Source: Patescibacteria group bacterium (GTDB lineage: Bacteria > Patescibacteriota > Microgenomatia > UBA1406 > GWC2-37-13). Taken from it: a DNA stretch of 64,000 nt. Below the pieces are notes generated by a model, which saw only the letters and a program-made list of their open reading frames with translations, did no database searches and was not told the origin of the DNA. Shown here piece after piece: positions 25,867 to 35,016 of the stretch. Position numbers and translations under genes: made by a program. The stretch's first letter is position 1. Each line of letters begins with the position of its first letter. The DNA lies in NCBI GenBank assembly GCA_023380935.1, contig JAMCST010000009.1, positions 27,760 through 91,759 of the forward strand, written 5' to 3'.

Positions 25867-27234
25867 ATGAATCTCGCATTAGCTTTATTGTTTGCCGGCG
25901 CGTTTTTGCTGCGTTTGGTGGGTTTGCATCAATCGCTTTGGCTTGACGAGGCCACCACCGCCCGGGCAATCAGACAGTTTGGTTATGCCGGGTTGGTCAG
26001 CCGATTCTCGCCGTTTGACTTTCATCCCCCGCTCTATTACTGGTTGATTAAGGGATGGAGCAGCGTCTTCGGCTTGTCCGAGGCGGCGCTGCGCCTGCCG
26101 TCGGTGATCGCCGCATTACTGGCGGGTTATGGGGTTTATCTAATCGGTAAGGCCGTGAAAAACCAAGCGGTCGGGTTTTGGGCAACGGTGTTTTTTTTGG
26201 TGAATCCGTTGATTGTTTATTACTCCCAGGAGGCAAGGATGTACATGCTGGTAACGCTGTTTTTGGTGTGGTTGACTTATGCGGTTGTCAGACTGGAATC
26301 GCAGCCCCAGCGCTGGTCGCGTTGGCACCTGGTCGCGGGGTTGACTGCCTGTCTGAGTCTGCTGACGTTTTACGGCGCCGGTTTTTATCTGGCTTCGCTG
26401 TTTGTGTTGCTGATCCTGAAAAAGCGCTACCGTACCGCCGCGCTGATCGCCTCTGCCACGTTAATTACTGGTATGGCGTTATTCCCCCTGCTGCGTTTGC
26501 AGTTGGCCAATGCACGCGCCACTGTGCCGCTGGTGAAAAACTGGAGCGCGGTGCTGGGAAAAGCCACCCTGAAGAACCTCGTGCTGATCCCGATCAAGTT
26601 CAGTTCCGGCCGCATCAGTTTCTCTCCCAAACCGGTTTATTATCTGTTGGCCGGAATTTGGCTGCTGATTGTTGGGGCCGGCGTGGCGAACGGTGTGCGG
26701 CGTCACCGTTTTTTTGCCGGTTTGCTTTTTGCCCCGATAATTTTCGGCTGGTGCGCTTCTTTTATAACGCCGCTACTCCAGTATTTTCGCTTTTTGTATT
26801 TGCTGCCGGTCACATCGGTTTTGTTGGCGATCGGAGCCGGAACACTGCCCCGTTTTTTCCGGCGGATCCCGTCGTCCGCCATCAGGTTATTGATCGGGCT
26901 GGGGTTGGGACTTTGGTCGCTGGCCTATCTTGTCCTGCCGCAGTTCCACCGTGATGACTGGAAGAATTTGGCGGCTCAACTGCCCAGGCAGGCAAAAATA
27001 TACATGATCGTTCCTTCGGCCGACGCGCTGCTTTACTATCGACCGGATATTCGCTTGGCCGATGTCCAGTCGCTTAACCGATTGACGAAGACCGATCGCC
27101 GGTTGACCGTAATCCCCTATACTACGGAGATTTATGGCGTTGACTATCGTACACCCTTGAGAGCGCAAGGCTATCGTATCGTCCACGTCACGAACGCGCG
27201 CGGTTTGTCAATAGAATATTGGGAAAAAATATAG
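25867..27234 (+). CDS. GT-C fold membrane glycosyltransferase, PMT_2/ArnT-like (GT39/GT83-like)
   Basis: 455 aa, polytopic. The first-loop motif is LWLDEATTA, followed by FHPPLYYWL and ALRLPSVIAALL, typical of this family. Confidence 0.8.
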   Translation: MNLALALLFAGAFLLRLVGLHQSLWLDEATTARAIRQFGYAGLVSRFSPFDFHPPLYYWLIKGWSSVFGLSEAALRLPSVIAALLAGYGVYLIGKAVKNQAVGFWATVFFLVNPLIVYYSQEARMYMLVTLFLVWLTYAVVRLESQPQRWSRWHLVAGLTACLSLLTFYGAGFYLASLFVLLILKKRYRTAALIASATLITGMALFPLLRLQLANARATVPLVKNWSAVLGKATLKNLVLIPIKFSSGRISFSPKPVYYLLAGIWLLIVGAGVANGVRRHRFFAGLLFAPIIFGWCASFITPLLQYFRFLYLLPVTSVLLAIGAGTLPRFFRRIPSSAIRLLIGLGLGLWSLAYLVLPQFHRDDWKNLAAQLPRQAKIYMIVPSADALLYYRPDIRLADVQSLNRLTKTDRRLTVIPYTTEIYGVDYRTPLRAQGYRIVHVTNARGLSIEYWEKI

Positions 27235-27279
27235 TATGATTAGAGCTTGTGTCTAGGGTGATCAATTAATCAATTCTAT

Positions 27280-28251
27280 ATGAAAAAAACGGCCTTGATT
27301 ACCGGGATTCTCGGTCAGGACGGTCCATATTTGGCGCGTTTGTTGCTGGAAAAAGATTACAAAGTCTACGGTTTGGTCCGGCGTTATTCCAATCCCAACT
27401 TTTCCAACCTCGACTTTTTGGGGATTACCGACCGGGTCGAGTTTGTCGACGGCGACATGACCGACGAGTCATCGTTGATCAATGTTTTAAAAAACGTCCG
27501 TCCGGAAGAGGTCTATAACCTGGCGGCGCAGTCGTTTGTGGGCGGATCATGGGACCAGGCCAAGTTGACAACCGAGGTCAACGCCGTCGGCGTGCTCTAC
27601 CTGCTCAACGCCATCAAGTCGCTCTCGCCCCTGACAAAATACTATCAAGCCTCGACGTCGGAAATGTTCGGTCTGGGCAACACCAACGGCTATCAGGACG
27701 AAGCCACGCCGTTTCACCCGCGCAGTCCCTATGGCGTATCCAAGGTATACGCTTATTGGATGACGGTCAATTTCCGCGAGTCTTACCGTCTTTTTACCTG
27801 CAACGGCATTCTTTTCAATCATGAGTCTCCGATCCGTGGCATCCAGTTTGTCACGCGCAAGATCAGTGACGGGGTGGCCCGGATTAAACTCGGGTTAAAA
27901 AAAGAGCTGCGGTTGGGTAACCTCGACGCCAAACGCGACTGGGGCTTTGCCGGAGACTATGTTAAAGCAATGCACCTGATGCTGCAGCACGACCAGCCCG
28001 ACGACTATGTGGTGGGAACCGGTGAGAACCATAGCGTGCGCGAGTTCGTGGAAAAGGCCTTTAGCGCGGCGGGAATCAGCGACTGGAAGAAATACGTGGT
28101 GATTGACCCGCGCTACAAACGCCCGGCCGAGGTGCCGGACTTGAAGGCGAAGCCGGACAAGGCGCATCGGGTGCTGAAATGGCAGCCCGAGGCGTCGTTT
28201 GACGCTCTGGTAAAGATGATGGTCGAGGCCGACCTGCAGCGGTTGCAGTAG
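27280..28251 (+). CDS. gmd: GDP-mannose 4,6-dehydratase
   Basis: 323 aa. Contains ALITGILGQDGPYLARLLLEKDY, the STSEMFG catalytic region, YGVSKVYAYW and LFNHESPIRG. Confidence 0.92.
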   Translation: MKKTALITGILGQDGPYLARLLLEKDYKVYGLVRRYSNPNFSNLDFLGITDRVEFVDGDMTDESSLINVLKNVRPEEVYNLAAQSFVGGSWDQAKLTTEVNAVGVLYLLNAIKSLSPLTKYYQASTSEMFGLGNTNGYQDEATPFHPRSPYGVSKVYAYWMTVNFRESYRLFTCNGILFNHESPIRGIQFVTRKISDGVARIKLGLKKELRLGNLDAKRDWGFAGDYVKAMHLMLQHDQPDDYVVGTGENHSVREFVEKAFSAAGISDWKKYVVIDPRYKRPAEVPDLKAKPDKAHRVLKWQPEASFDALVKMMVEADLQRLQ

Positions 28252-28783
28252 ATGGTTTTCTTCGCGGCAGGTGAGAAAGCCATCGTTGCGCCTGAGTCGT
28301 CAACTGGTCGCGCGGATGGGTTTGGGCAATGCGGTTATTGAGCAACGTCACAAGCAAACCGCCTCCATATGCGACAAGTAAGGTGGCGACGAGCGGATTA
28401 AAACTACTCTCTCTGACTGATTTAATCAGATTGATCCAGGTAGTGGGATTGATGGCGTTTAAGACTGGCACGGCGAGTAGAGTCGAGAGCGCCGGCCGTC
28501 CGGTTCTGTTATAGATGGCCGTGGCAACGGGATTGGCTGAGTAATTGGCCTTTTTTAATGTGTGGATTTCCCAGGCCGTGCCGATTCCCAGGGAAAGAGC
28601 GATGAAGGCCGCGCCCAGCAGGGCGAATTCCTGAGACGGAATCCGGGTGGTCATTTTTTCGACACCGATCGTCAGCGCTTGCTGAATCGCCGCGCCTAAT
28701 CCGAAACCCAGCACTCCCAAAGCCGAGCTGCCCGCCATGGCAATGCGCTTGTTTCTTCTTTCCGGATCCACCATATGGAGCAA
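28076..28783 (-). CDS. Hypothetical membrane protein
   Basis: It fills the gap between gmd and the nucleotidyltransferase gene. The first ~175 residues have 3-4 hydrophobic helices. The last ~58 codons overlap the 3' end of gmd antisense and are low-complexity, so the true stop or extent is uncertain. Confidence 0.5.
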   Translation of the reverse strand: MLHMVDPERRNKRIAMAGSSALGVLGFGLGAAIQQALTIGVEKMTTRIPSQEFALLGAAFIALSLGIGTAWEIHTLKKANYSANPVATAIYNRTGRPALSTLLAVPVLNAINPTTWINLIKSVRESSFNPLVATLLVAYGGGLLVTLLNNRIAQTHPRDQLTTQAQRWLSHLPRRKPSTATAAGRPRPSSLPERQTTPRAAISAPDAPCPASPSSPAPRPGVCSAGQSPRISSSR

Positions 28784-28846
28784 TTATATACCATGACCAT
28801 CGGACTAGGAAAACAACGCCACTTTGATATAATATACTGTTATTGT

Positions 28847-29605
28847 ATGATCATTGGAGCGATACTGGCTGCCGGAAAAGGGACGCGGATCAATTCCCAT
28901 CAGATCAATAAAGTGACGCTGCCGTTCAACGGCAAGCGGCTGATTAACTATGCGGTTGATTTGTATAAAGGCATGGCCGACCGGACCATCGTGGTGGTGC
29001 ACGCGTTTGCCGACAGCGTCAAGGAAGCGCTGCGCGGCGAGTCGGTCGAGTTTGTCGACCAGTCGGCGCCGCTGGGTACCGGTCACGCTCTGAAGGTGGT
29101 AATTGACTACCTGGAAAAACAACGCTTGCCCGTTACCCAGGTATTGGTCGGCTATGGCGACCACATGATGTTTTACACCAGGGCGATTGTCCGCCAGCTC
29201 CTCCGGGCCCAGGCAAACCAGCAAGCCGTTGTCAGTCTGATTTCCGTCAAACATCCTGATCCGGACCAGTTGGCCTGGGGGCGGGTGGTACGCGACGGGT
29301 CGGGAAAGATCGTCAAGATCGTCGAGCAAAAAGACGCCACACCCGAGGAACGGAAGATCGAAGAGCTGAACGCCGGTTTTTACTGCTTTGATTATCAGTA
29401 TGCCAGGCAAACCAAGGATCAGATTAAAAAATCACCAGTGACCGGCGAGTATTACATCAACGAGTTCATCGACATGGCCATCAACTCAGGAAAAAAGATC
29501 GTTGCCCTGCCGGTTGATTTCCGCTTTGTCGGGATCGGCGTCAACACCACCGCTCAGTTACAAACCAGTCAGGCACTTTACACGCAGATAAAACACATGC
29601 CATGA
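28847..29605 (+). CDS. Sugar-phosphate nucleotidyltransferase (GlmU N-terminal-domain-like, no acetyltransferase domain)
   Basis: Contains GAILAAGKGTRI (the nucleotide-binding loop), LGTGHAL and ELNAGFYCF. The start is placed at the internal Met (28847), just before the G-rich loop. Confidence 0.8.
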   Translation: MIIGAILAAGKGTRINSHQINKVTLPFNGKRLINYAVDLYKGMADRTIVVVHAFADSVKEALRGESVEFVDQSAPLGTGHALKVVIDYLEKQRLPVTQVLVGYGDHMMFYTRAIVRQLLRAQANQQAVVSLISVKHPDPDQLAWGRVVRDGSGKIVKIVEQKDATPEERKIEELNAGFYCFDYQYARQTKDQIKKSPVTGEYYINEFIDMAINSGKKIVALPVDFRFVGIGVNTTAQLQTSQALYTQIKHMP

Positions 29606-30135
29606 AACGCATCGGCTTGAATTATTTGGTCGTTTTCCTCGTTTTTTCCGGGATCTTCGTCGCTCTTTTTCACACTCCCCTATTGCGTCAACAGCAGGTG
29701 TTGTTTTACCGGGGATTGGGTTTGCTGGCGGCGGCCACCGTTTTGGTGGGACTGGGCGGCGTTTGGTGTCGCCGGCGTTGGAAACAGCCGGGTTGGGAAA
29801 CCTTTTTGGCGGCGCTGGTCATGAGCGTTGCCCTTAACTTGAGTTTTTTCGTGGTTTTTCCCGTGACTTTTGATCGGTCGGTGACGATGTTTTTGTTGAC
29901 CCGGTTGAGTCAGGCGCAACCGTCGGCATCATGCGCCGGTTTGACAACCGGCGAGTTGGAGCAACTGCTAATCAAGCAATACGTCAAATCGCAGGGCGCG
30001 GTGAATCGTCGGGTTAAAGAACAGACCTTGATTGGGATGGTTAAGACAAACGGTCACTGTGTTCAATCCACTGTCCGGACCGCCGCTTTTCTGCGTTTTG
30101 CCGATCTAGTGAGTAGAATCTATGCCTTACGTTGA
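29602..30135 (+). CDS. Hypothetical membrane protein
   Basis: 177 aa. The ATGA start/stop overlap with the preceding gene indicates coupling. It has three N-terminal hydrophobic helices. Confidence 0.55.
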   Translation: MKRIGLNYLVVFLVFSGIFVALFHTPLLRQQQVLFYRGLGLLAAATVLVGLGGVWCRRRWKQPGWETFLAALVMSVALNLSFFVVFPVTFDRSVTMFLLTRLSQAQPSASCAGLTTGELEQLLIKQYVKSQGAVNRRVKEQTLIGMVKTNGHCVQSTVRTAAFLRFADLVSRIYALR

Positions 30136-30917
30136 CCCCGAGTTAAATAGTCAAAGTAAATCAGTCCTTCGTACCAGCCGCGCAGCGCTCCGGCCAGTAG
30201 GCCACGCCAGCCGTCGCGATAACCGCGGTGCCAGAAAAACCAGCGGCCGAACACATAGAACGGCATGACCACCATTTTGGCCAAGGCCAGGTATACGGGA
30301 GCGCTCATCGCGGCTGCCTCGATCCGGGCATAAAGCCGGAATTTGGCGACGGCATCTTTTAAGGTCGGGTGTGAGTAATGATTAAGACGGTTGGTTAAAT
30401 AACCGACGTTTCCCTTTACCTTAAACTGTTCGTGCACCGCTACCACCGGATCATAGCGGGCAAACTTAGGCCGGAACAAACGCACCAGCCGGTCGTAGTA
30501 CCAGTCCCCGCCCCGCAAAAACGCGCCGCAAAAAAACTGGTTTCTGGGAATGCCAAAGGCCACGATTTGGTTACGAGTTACGGGTTGCGAGTTAAGAATG
30601 ATAAGAATTTCATTTTTTAAGGCGTCGTTGACGGTTTCGTCGGCGTCGATCCTTAAGATCCAGTCGGTGGCGGCGTGGTCGATCGCCCAGTTGACGTTTT
30701 GCTGCACCAGGGTAAAATCCGGTTGGCGGATTGGGTGACGGACGATCACCTCGGCACCGGCTTGTTTAGCCAATGCGCCGGTCTGATCGTGTCCCATCCA
30801 GACCACCACGACCCGGTCGCACCAGGCCACGCTCTTGAGGCAGCGGCCGATGTGCTTTTCCTCGTTAAAAGCCGGAATGAGCGCGGTGATTGTCTGTCTT
30901 TTCCCTACTGCCACCAT
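30120..30917 (-). CDS. Glycosyltransferase family 2
   Basis: ITALIPAFNEEKHIGRCLKS and RIDADE (DxD-like) are present. The start is set at MVAVGKRQ (30917), which overlaps the upstream stop by 13 nt. The longer listed ORF N terminus runs inside the upstream gene. Confidence 0.8.
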   Translation of the reverse strand: MVAVGKRQTITALIPAFNEEKHIGRCLKSVAWCDRVVVVWMGHDQTGALAKQAGAEVIVRHPIRQPDFTLVQQNVNWAIDHAATDWILRIDADETVNDALKNEILIILNSQPVTRNQIVAFGIPRNQFFCGAFLRGGDWYYDRLVRLFRPKFARYDPVVAVHEQFKVKGNVGYLTNRLNHYSHPTLKDAVAKFRLYARIEAAAMSAPVYLALAKMVVMPFYVFGRWFFWHRGYRDGWRGLLAGALRGWYEGLIYFDYLTRGQRKA

Positions 30918-32134
30918 GGTTGGTACCAGAAATGCCTGATGATTAATAATGTATATATTAATAAGTATAGCGCCATTCCTAAAGTGAGACGGTGGAAGTT
31001 GAACTGACGCCGGATCGAGCGTAGTCCGGTTATCCCTTGGACGACAAAGTAACCGAACGGCAGGGCGAGACTGGCCAGGTAACTGCCCTTGACCGAGTTG
31101 TAAAACGGATAGCGCACGGTAAAGACGGTGTACGACATCAACAGTACAACGCAGTAGACGAGAAAAATCCCTCCGGTTCGGGACCGGTTGCGCCACCAGG
31201 AAACAACGCCCAGGCCGGCCAGCCCCACCAGCGGCAGAGACAACAAAACAATCAGCGCGCCGATCTTGGAGAACACCACCACCGGTACCACCAGGTTGTG
31301 GCCGTCGTAAAACCAGGAAAAATAGGTGCCGGCCCAGAGCGAGTCAAACTGGGCGTGATAGAGGCGCATCCGCCAGAAATCACTTAGGTCGGTGAAAAAC
31401 TTCAGATCGCGGTAGCCCGGCGGCTGGGCGATGTGAAATTGGGGCAGGTCGATGTTGATCGGCGCCAGGCTGCCGTAATGAATCAGATTGCGCAGGTAGA
31501 ACCAGCCGGCGATCATCAACGCCAGCGCCACCGGTAGGCTTAGCCACCGGAGCATTTTTTCCCCCGGCGTCCTCATCCAGAACTGGTCGATGAAAAAACA
31601 CGGCAGCAGCAGCAAGGCGGTCGATTTGCTCAACAGCGCCAGCCCCAGGGCAACGCCGAAAATGACCCGGTAGCGTTGTTTTTGCCGGGCCATTACGTAA
31701 GTAATCAGGGCTAAGGAAATCATGGCGCTGGCAAACAGTTCATTGGAAACGGTCGGCGTCAGACTGATCAGCACCGGCAAAGCCGCAATGGTCATGCCTC
31801 CCAACAGCGCCAGGCGCATCTGTTTAAAGATCTGGTGAAAAAACCAGACAGCCGAAGCGGCCATAATCGCCCAACTGATTAAACCAACCAGTTTCATGGT
31901 AAAAAGATCGGGAGTGAGAGCGGTCACGAAATAATAGAGCGGCGGCTGGTACATCTCCCAACCGTCGGCGGCCAGCGGCACGCGCCAGTGGCGGCGGATA
32001 AAGTCGGCATAAGCCAGGTGGCCGGCCGCGTCAAACCCCCGTTTGACCGGATAAAACCAGACATTGTGCCACTGAAGGATAAACAGCGCCGCCAAGGCGG
32101 TCATTGAGACGGCCACAAACATTTTTTTATTCAT
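30905..32134 (-). CDS. GT-C fold membrane glycosyltransferase-like protein
   Basis: About 410 aa, polytopic. Contains FDAAGHLAYADFI and MYQPPLYYF in the first loop region and LSKSTALLLLP. The start is probably MNKKMF at 32134. Confidence 0.65.
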   Translation of the reverse strand: MNKKMFVAVSMTALAALFILQWHNVWFYPVKRGFDAAGHLAYADFIRRHWRVPLAADGWEMYQPPLYYFVTALTPDLFTMKLVGLISWAIMAASAVWFFHQIFKQMRLALLGGMTIAALPVLISLTPTVSNELFASAMISLALITYVMARQKQRYRVIFGVALGLALLSKSTALLLLPCFFIDQFWMRTPGEKMLRWLSLPVALALMIAGWFYLRNLIHYGSLAPINIDLPQFHIAQPPGYRDLKFFTDLSDFWRMRLYHAQFDSLWAGTYFSWFYDGHNLVVPVVVFSKIGALIVLLSLPLVGLAGLGVVSWWRNRSRTGGIFLVYCVVLLMSYTVFTVRYPFYNSVKGSYLASLALPFGYFVVQGITGLRSIRRQFNFHRLTLGMALYLLIYTLLIIRHFWYQPWWQ

Positions 32135-33554
32135 AGGGAGCGATAATGGAGCGGAACCGGCCGTGAGCATCGGTGGTGATTACCACTTTGAGGCGGGGCG
32201 GCTGTTTGGCGATCTCGTCGGGATAGATCCAGCCGAACATCGTGTCGGCGCGGGACTGGGCCGGGCGCTGGCCGTAGACCATAAACAGATAACGCCAGCC
32301 GCCGTCGTAAAGATAGGGTTGCCGGGTGTCCAGATAAAACGCCCGTCCGGCGATCGCCCGGCTGGTGGCGACGACGAACCGTTTTTTGGCGCTTAACCCC
32401 TGGTTGGTCGGCCAGCTGAGCACGGTTAGCACCTGGTTAAAACAGATGACGGCCAGCAGACCCGCCAGTATCTTTCCCGGAGTCACCTGGAGCAGGTCGG
32501 CAAAGACCAGGGCAAGGAACGGGAAAAAGCCGAGATAGTAATAGTCAAGGATGGTGCCGGGAAAAAAGAAAAACATCAGGATATATAAAAGGACGACGAC
32601 GGTCAAGTATCGCTGGGCCAGATTTTTCCGCTTGGTTGACCAGATCAGTAGGGTAAGAACCGAAACCGACGTCAGCACCAGTTGCTGGAATGGGTTGGCA
32701 ACGTCCATAATCCAGTAGTGGGATAAAGTACTGACAAAAACGGACGCGTGTTGTCTAATGGTGGTGGTGATGGCTGTTTGTCCAGTTTGACCCAACAGAT
32801 GAAACGGTACTTTCCAGTTGTCAAAATGATGGGAAAAATCAAACACCAGCAATGGCGAGTAAACCAGAAGGAAAACGAACGCGGACGCCAGCATCAGGAG
32901 AATTGGCGGTCGGTGCCTGATGACGGTTTTGAGCGCGAAAAAAACCAGCAACGGCAAAAACAGGAAAAGCGAGGCATGAATGTGTAATATGGCGCCGGCG
33001 AGAAAAGCCAGAAGCAATAAAAAACGCGGGTGTTTTTCGATCTTGACCAGTGTCCAGTAAATTAAAATGGCGGCCAGCGGCACGCAGGTCGAGTTCCAGA
33101 ACCGCCGGTCATACTGAACGATAAAAGCCGACAGTCCGTACAGCGCCGTGGCGATCAGGGCGACGCGGCGGGAAAACAAGTCGCGGCCGACCAGATAAAA
33201 TACCGTGATGGTCACAATACCGGTCAAAGCCGCAGCATAAGCCAGAACCACCGGATCACCGTGACTAAGCCACAGCAGCAAGGCGTGCCAGTAAACCAGT
33301 CCGGGGCCGAGGTAAAAGCCGGTATTGGCGGCCGACAAACCGATCCAGATCGGATGGAAATCTTTTACCTGAGCCCAGCCGAGCAACGATTGGTATTCTT
33401 CATCAATGCCGAAATAAAACAGGCCGGCCACCCGATAAAGATGGAGAAAAATCACCAGCGCCACTACCGACAACTCCGGCCAGTATTGGCGTAACCGCGC
33501 CGCAACGATGGAAAAGCCGGATCGGTATTTCTTAATTTTGGACAATGTAACCAT
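32127..33554 (-). CDS. GT-C fold membrane glycosyltransferase, paralog 1 of a tandem triplet
   Basis: 475 aa. Contains FGIDEEYQSLLGWAQVKDFHPIWIGLS and YDRRFWN. The C-terminal soluble module GGWRYLFMVYGQRP...FGWIYPDEI is shared with the next two genes. Confidence 0.75.
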   Translation of the reverse strand: MVTLSKIKKYRSGFSIVAARLRQYWPELSVVALVIFLHLYRVAGLFYFGIDEEYQSLLGWAQVKDFHPIWIGLSAANTGFYLGPGLVYWHALLLWLSHGDPVVLAYAAALTGIVTITVFYLVGRDLFSRRVALIATALYGLSAFIVQYDRRFWNSTCVPLAAILIYWTLVKIEKHPRFLLLLAFLAGAILHIHASLFLFLPLLVFFALKTVIRHRPPILLMLASAFVFLLVYSPLLVFDFSHHFDNWKVPFHLLGQTGQTAITTTIRQHASVFVSTLSHYWIMDVANPFQQLVLTSVSVLTLLIWSTKRKNLAQRYLTVVVLLYILMFFFFPGTILDYYYLGFFPFLALVFADLLQVTPGKILAGLLAVICFNQVLTVLSWPTNQGLSAKKRFVVATSRAIAGRAFYLDTRQPYLYDGGWRYLFMVYGQRPAQSRADTMFGWIYPDEIAKQPPRLKVVITTDAHGRFRSIIAPYE

Positions 33555-35016
33555 AATAGACGCCGGACTGGAATATGGCCGTCGGCCGGCCGGGCAGGCG
33601 TTCGGCCGGGTACTCGGACACCACTACGTTGATTTCCGGTTTGGCGCGGCTGATTTCGTCGGGATAGATCCAGCCGAAAAACTGGTCGGCCGACGAGGCG
33701 CTCGGGGTTTTCCCGTAGGCCTTGAATAAATAACGCCAACCGCCGGACGAATGATACGGGCGTTTGTCCGGCGACAGGGTGGTCAGATAGAAAGTTTTGT
33801 CGCTAAAATACGGCAGCATTTTTTTTATCAGGTTTTTGCGTGCCGTCAGTCCGTATTGAGTTTGGGTGGTGGTGGCCAGTACGGTGGTGTTAGCCAGGAC
33901 AAAGACGATCACAGCCACGATGGCCAACGGCCGCGGCAGCTGGCGGAAAAACCGGCCAAGCGCCATGGTAAAAAGCGCCACAAACCCGAGGAGAAAATAC
34001 TGGACCGTGCCGGCCGAGTAGGTTAAAAAAGCCAAGGCAAACAAACTCAGGCTGATTGTCAGCAACCTGATGGTTTTATTATGCCGCGACTGCCAAATCA
34101 ACCAGACAAACACTACCGCTCCCAACGCGATCAGCGCCGGATAACCCGGGCTGGTCTGGCCGTGGATTCCCAGACCAAACTCGTCCTGGATGTTGGTATG
34201 AAGTTTGAGGAAAAAAAAGTTGGAGACCACCTTTTCCAGCGCCGGAAGATTACCGACCAGGTTGCCGGCGCCGCGGTTGCTGGTAAAGAACTTGGCGACA
34301 AACCGCACCGGCATCAGTAGGTTGTCAAAACGGTGGACCAGATCAAAGACGATCAACGGAGAAACCACCAGCAGATAACCGCCGACCATCATTAGCCAGT
34401 TGGCCGGATTGATTTTTTTCCGGGTCTGCCAGACGACCACCACGGCGATCGGCCAAAACGCCAAAAGCGACAGATGGACGTGGAGGGCGGTCGCAAGCAG
34501 AATGGCCGTGACGATCAACCAGCGCGGTTGTTTGGGCGCCCGCACCAGACTGTAAAACAGCCAGACACTGATAAAGGCAATCGGGGTCGGATTCCAGAAC
34601 CGCCGGTCAAAATAGGCCACAAATACCGAAGCGGCGTAAAACAGCCCGGCAAATAATGCGCTGGTCTTATCGAACAATCGTCGACTGATCCAGTAAACAC
34701 TTAAGGTGGTGATAACGCCAAACCCCGAGGCAAAGTAGGCCAGGATGATCGGATCGGAAGTAATACTCAGCAAGAGTGCGGTCAGGTAGGTAAAACCCGG
34801 CCCCAGGTAAAAGCCGACGTTGGAAGCGCTCACGCCGATCCAGATCGGATGGAAATTTTTGACCTGTTCCCAGGCAAGTAACGTCTGGTATTCTTCGTCA
34901 AAATTGAAAGTGAACCAGTCACCGATTTTGTAAAAGCGGAAAAACGCCGAAACGAGAACAATCATTATCAAAAACCAGTTTGACTTTATTTTGTTGACAA
35001 TATTATTCATAGACAT
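33532..35016 (-). CDS. GT-C fold membrane glycosyltransferase, paralog 2
   Basis: The start is set at MSMNNIV (35016), overlapping the upstream stop by 14 nt. Contains FNFDEEYQTLLAWEQVKNFHPIWIGVS, FDRRFWN and the C-terminal GGWRYLFKAYGKTP...FGWIYPDEI. Confidence 0.75.
   Translation of the reverse strand: MSMNNIVNKIKSNWFLIMIVLVSAFFRFYKIGDWFTFNFDEEYQTLLAWEQVKNFHPIWIGVSASNVGFYLGPGFTYLTALLLSITSDPIILAYFASGFGVITTLSVYWISRRLFDKTSALFAGLFYAASVFVAYFDRRFWNPTPIAFISVWLFYSLVRAPKQPRWLIVTAILLATALHVHLSLLAFWPIAVVVVWQTRKKINPANWLMMVGGYLLVVSPLIVFDLVHRFDNLLMPVRFVAKFFTSNRGAGNLVGNLPALEKVVSNFFFLKLHTNIQDEFGLGIHGQTSPGYPALIALGAVVFVWLIWQSRHNKTIRLLTISLSLFALAFLTYSAGTVQYFLLGFVALFTMALGRFFRQLPRPLAIVAVIVFVLANTTVLATTTQTQYGLTARKNLIKKMLPYFSDKTFYLTTLSPDKRPYHSSGGWRYLFKAYGKTPSASSADQFFGWIYPDEISRAKPEINVVVSEYPAERLPGRPTAIFQSGVYYGYIVQN

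Noticed and set aside
26178-26954. 258-aa alternative-frame ORF within the GT-C gene 25867-27234
   Set aside because: It lies on the same strand but out of frame with a gene that has strong family motifs. The product is Arg/Ala/Gly/Cys-rich low-complexity sequence.
30918-31196. Long N-terminal extensions of listed ORFs (30120-31196 and 33532-35217)
   Set aside because: The extensions lie entirely inside the 3' ends of the upstream genes in another frame and have no family similarity. Internal Met codons (30917 and 35016) sit immediately before the conserved domain starts and give short operon-type overlaps.
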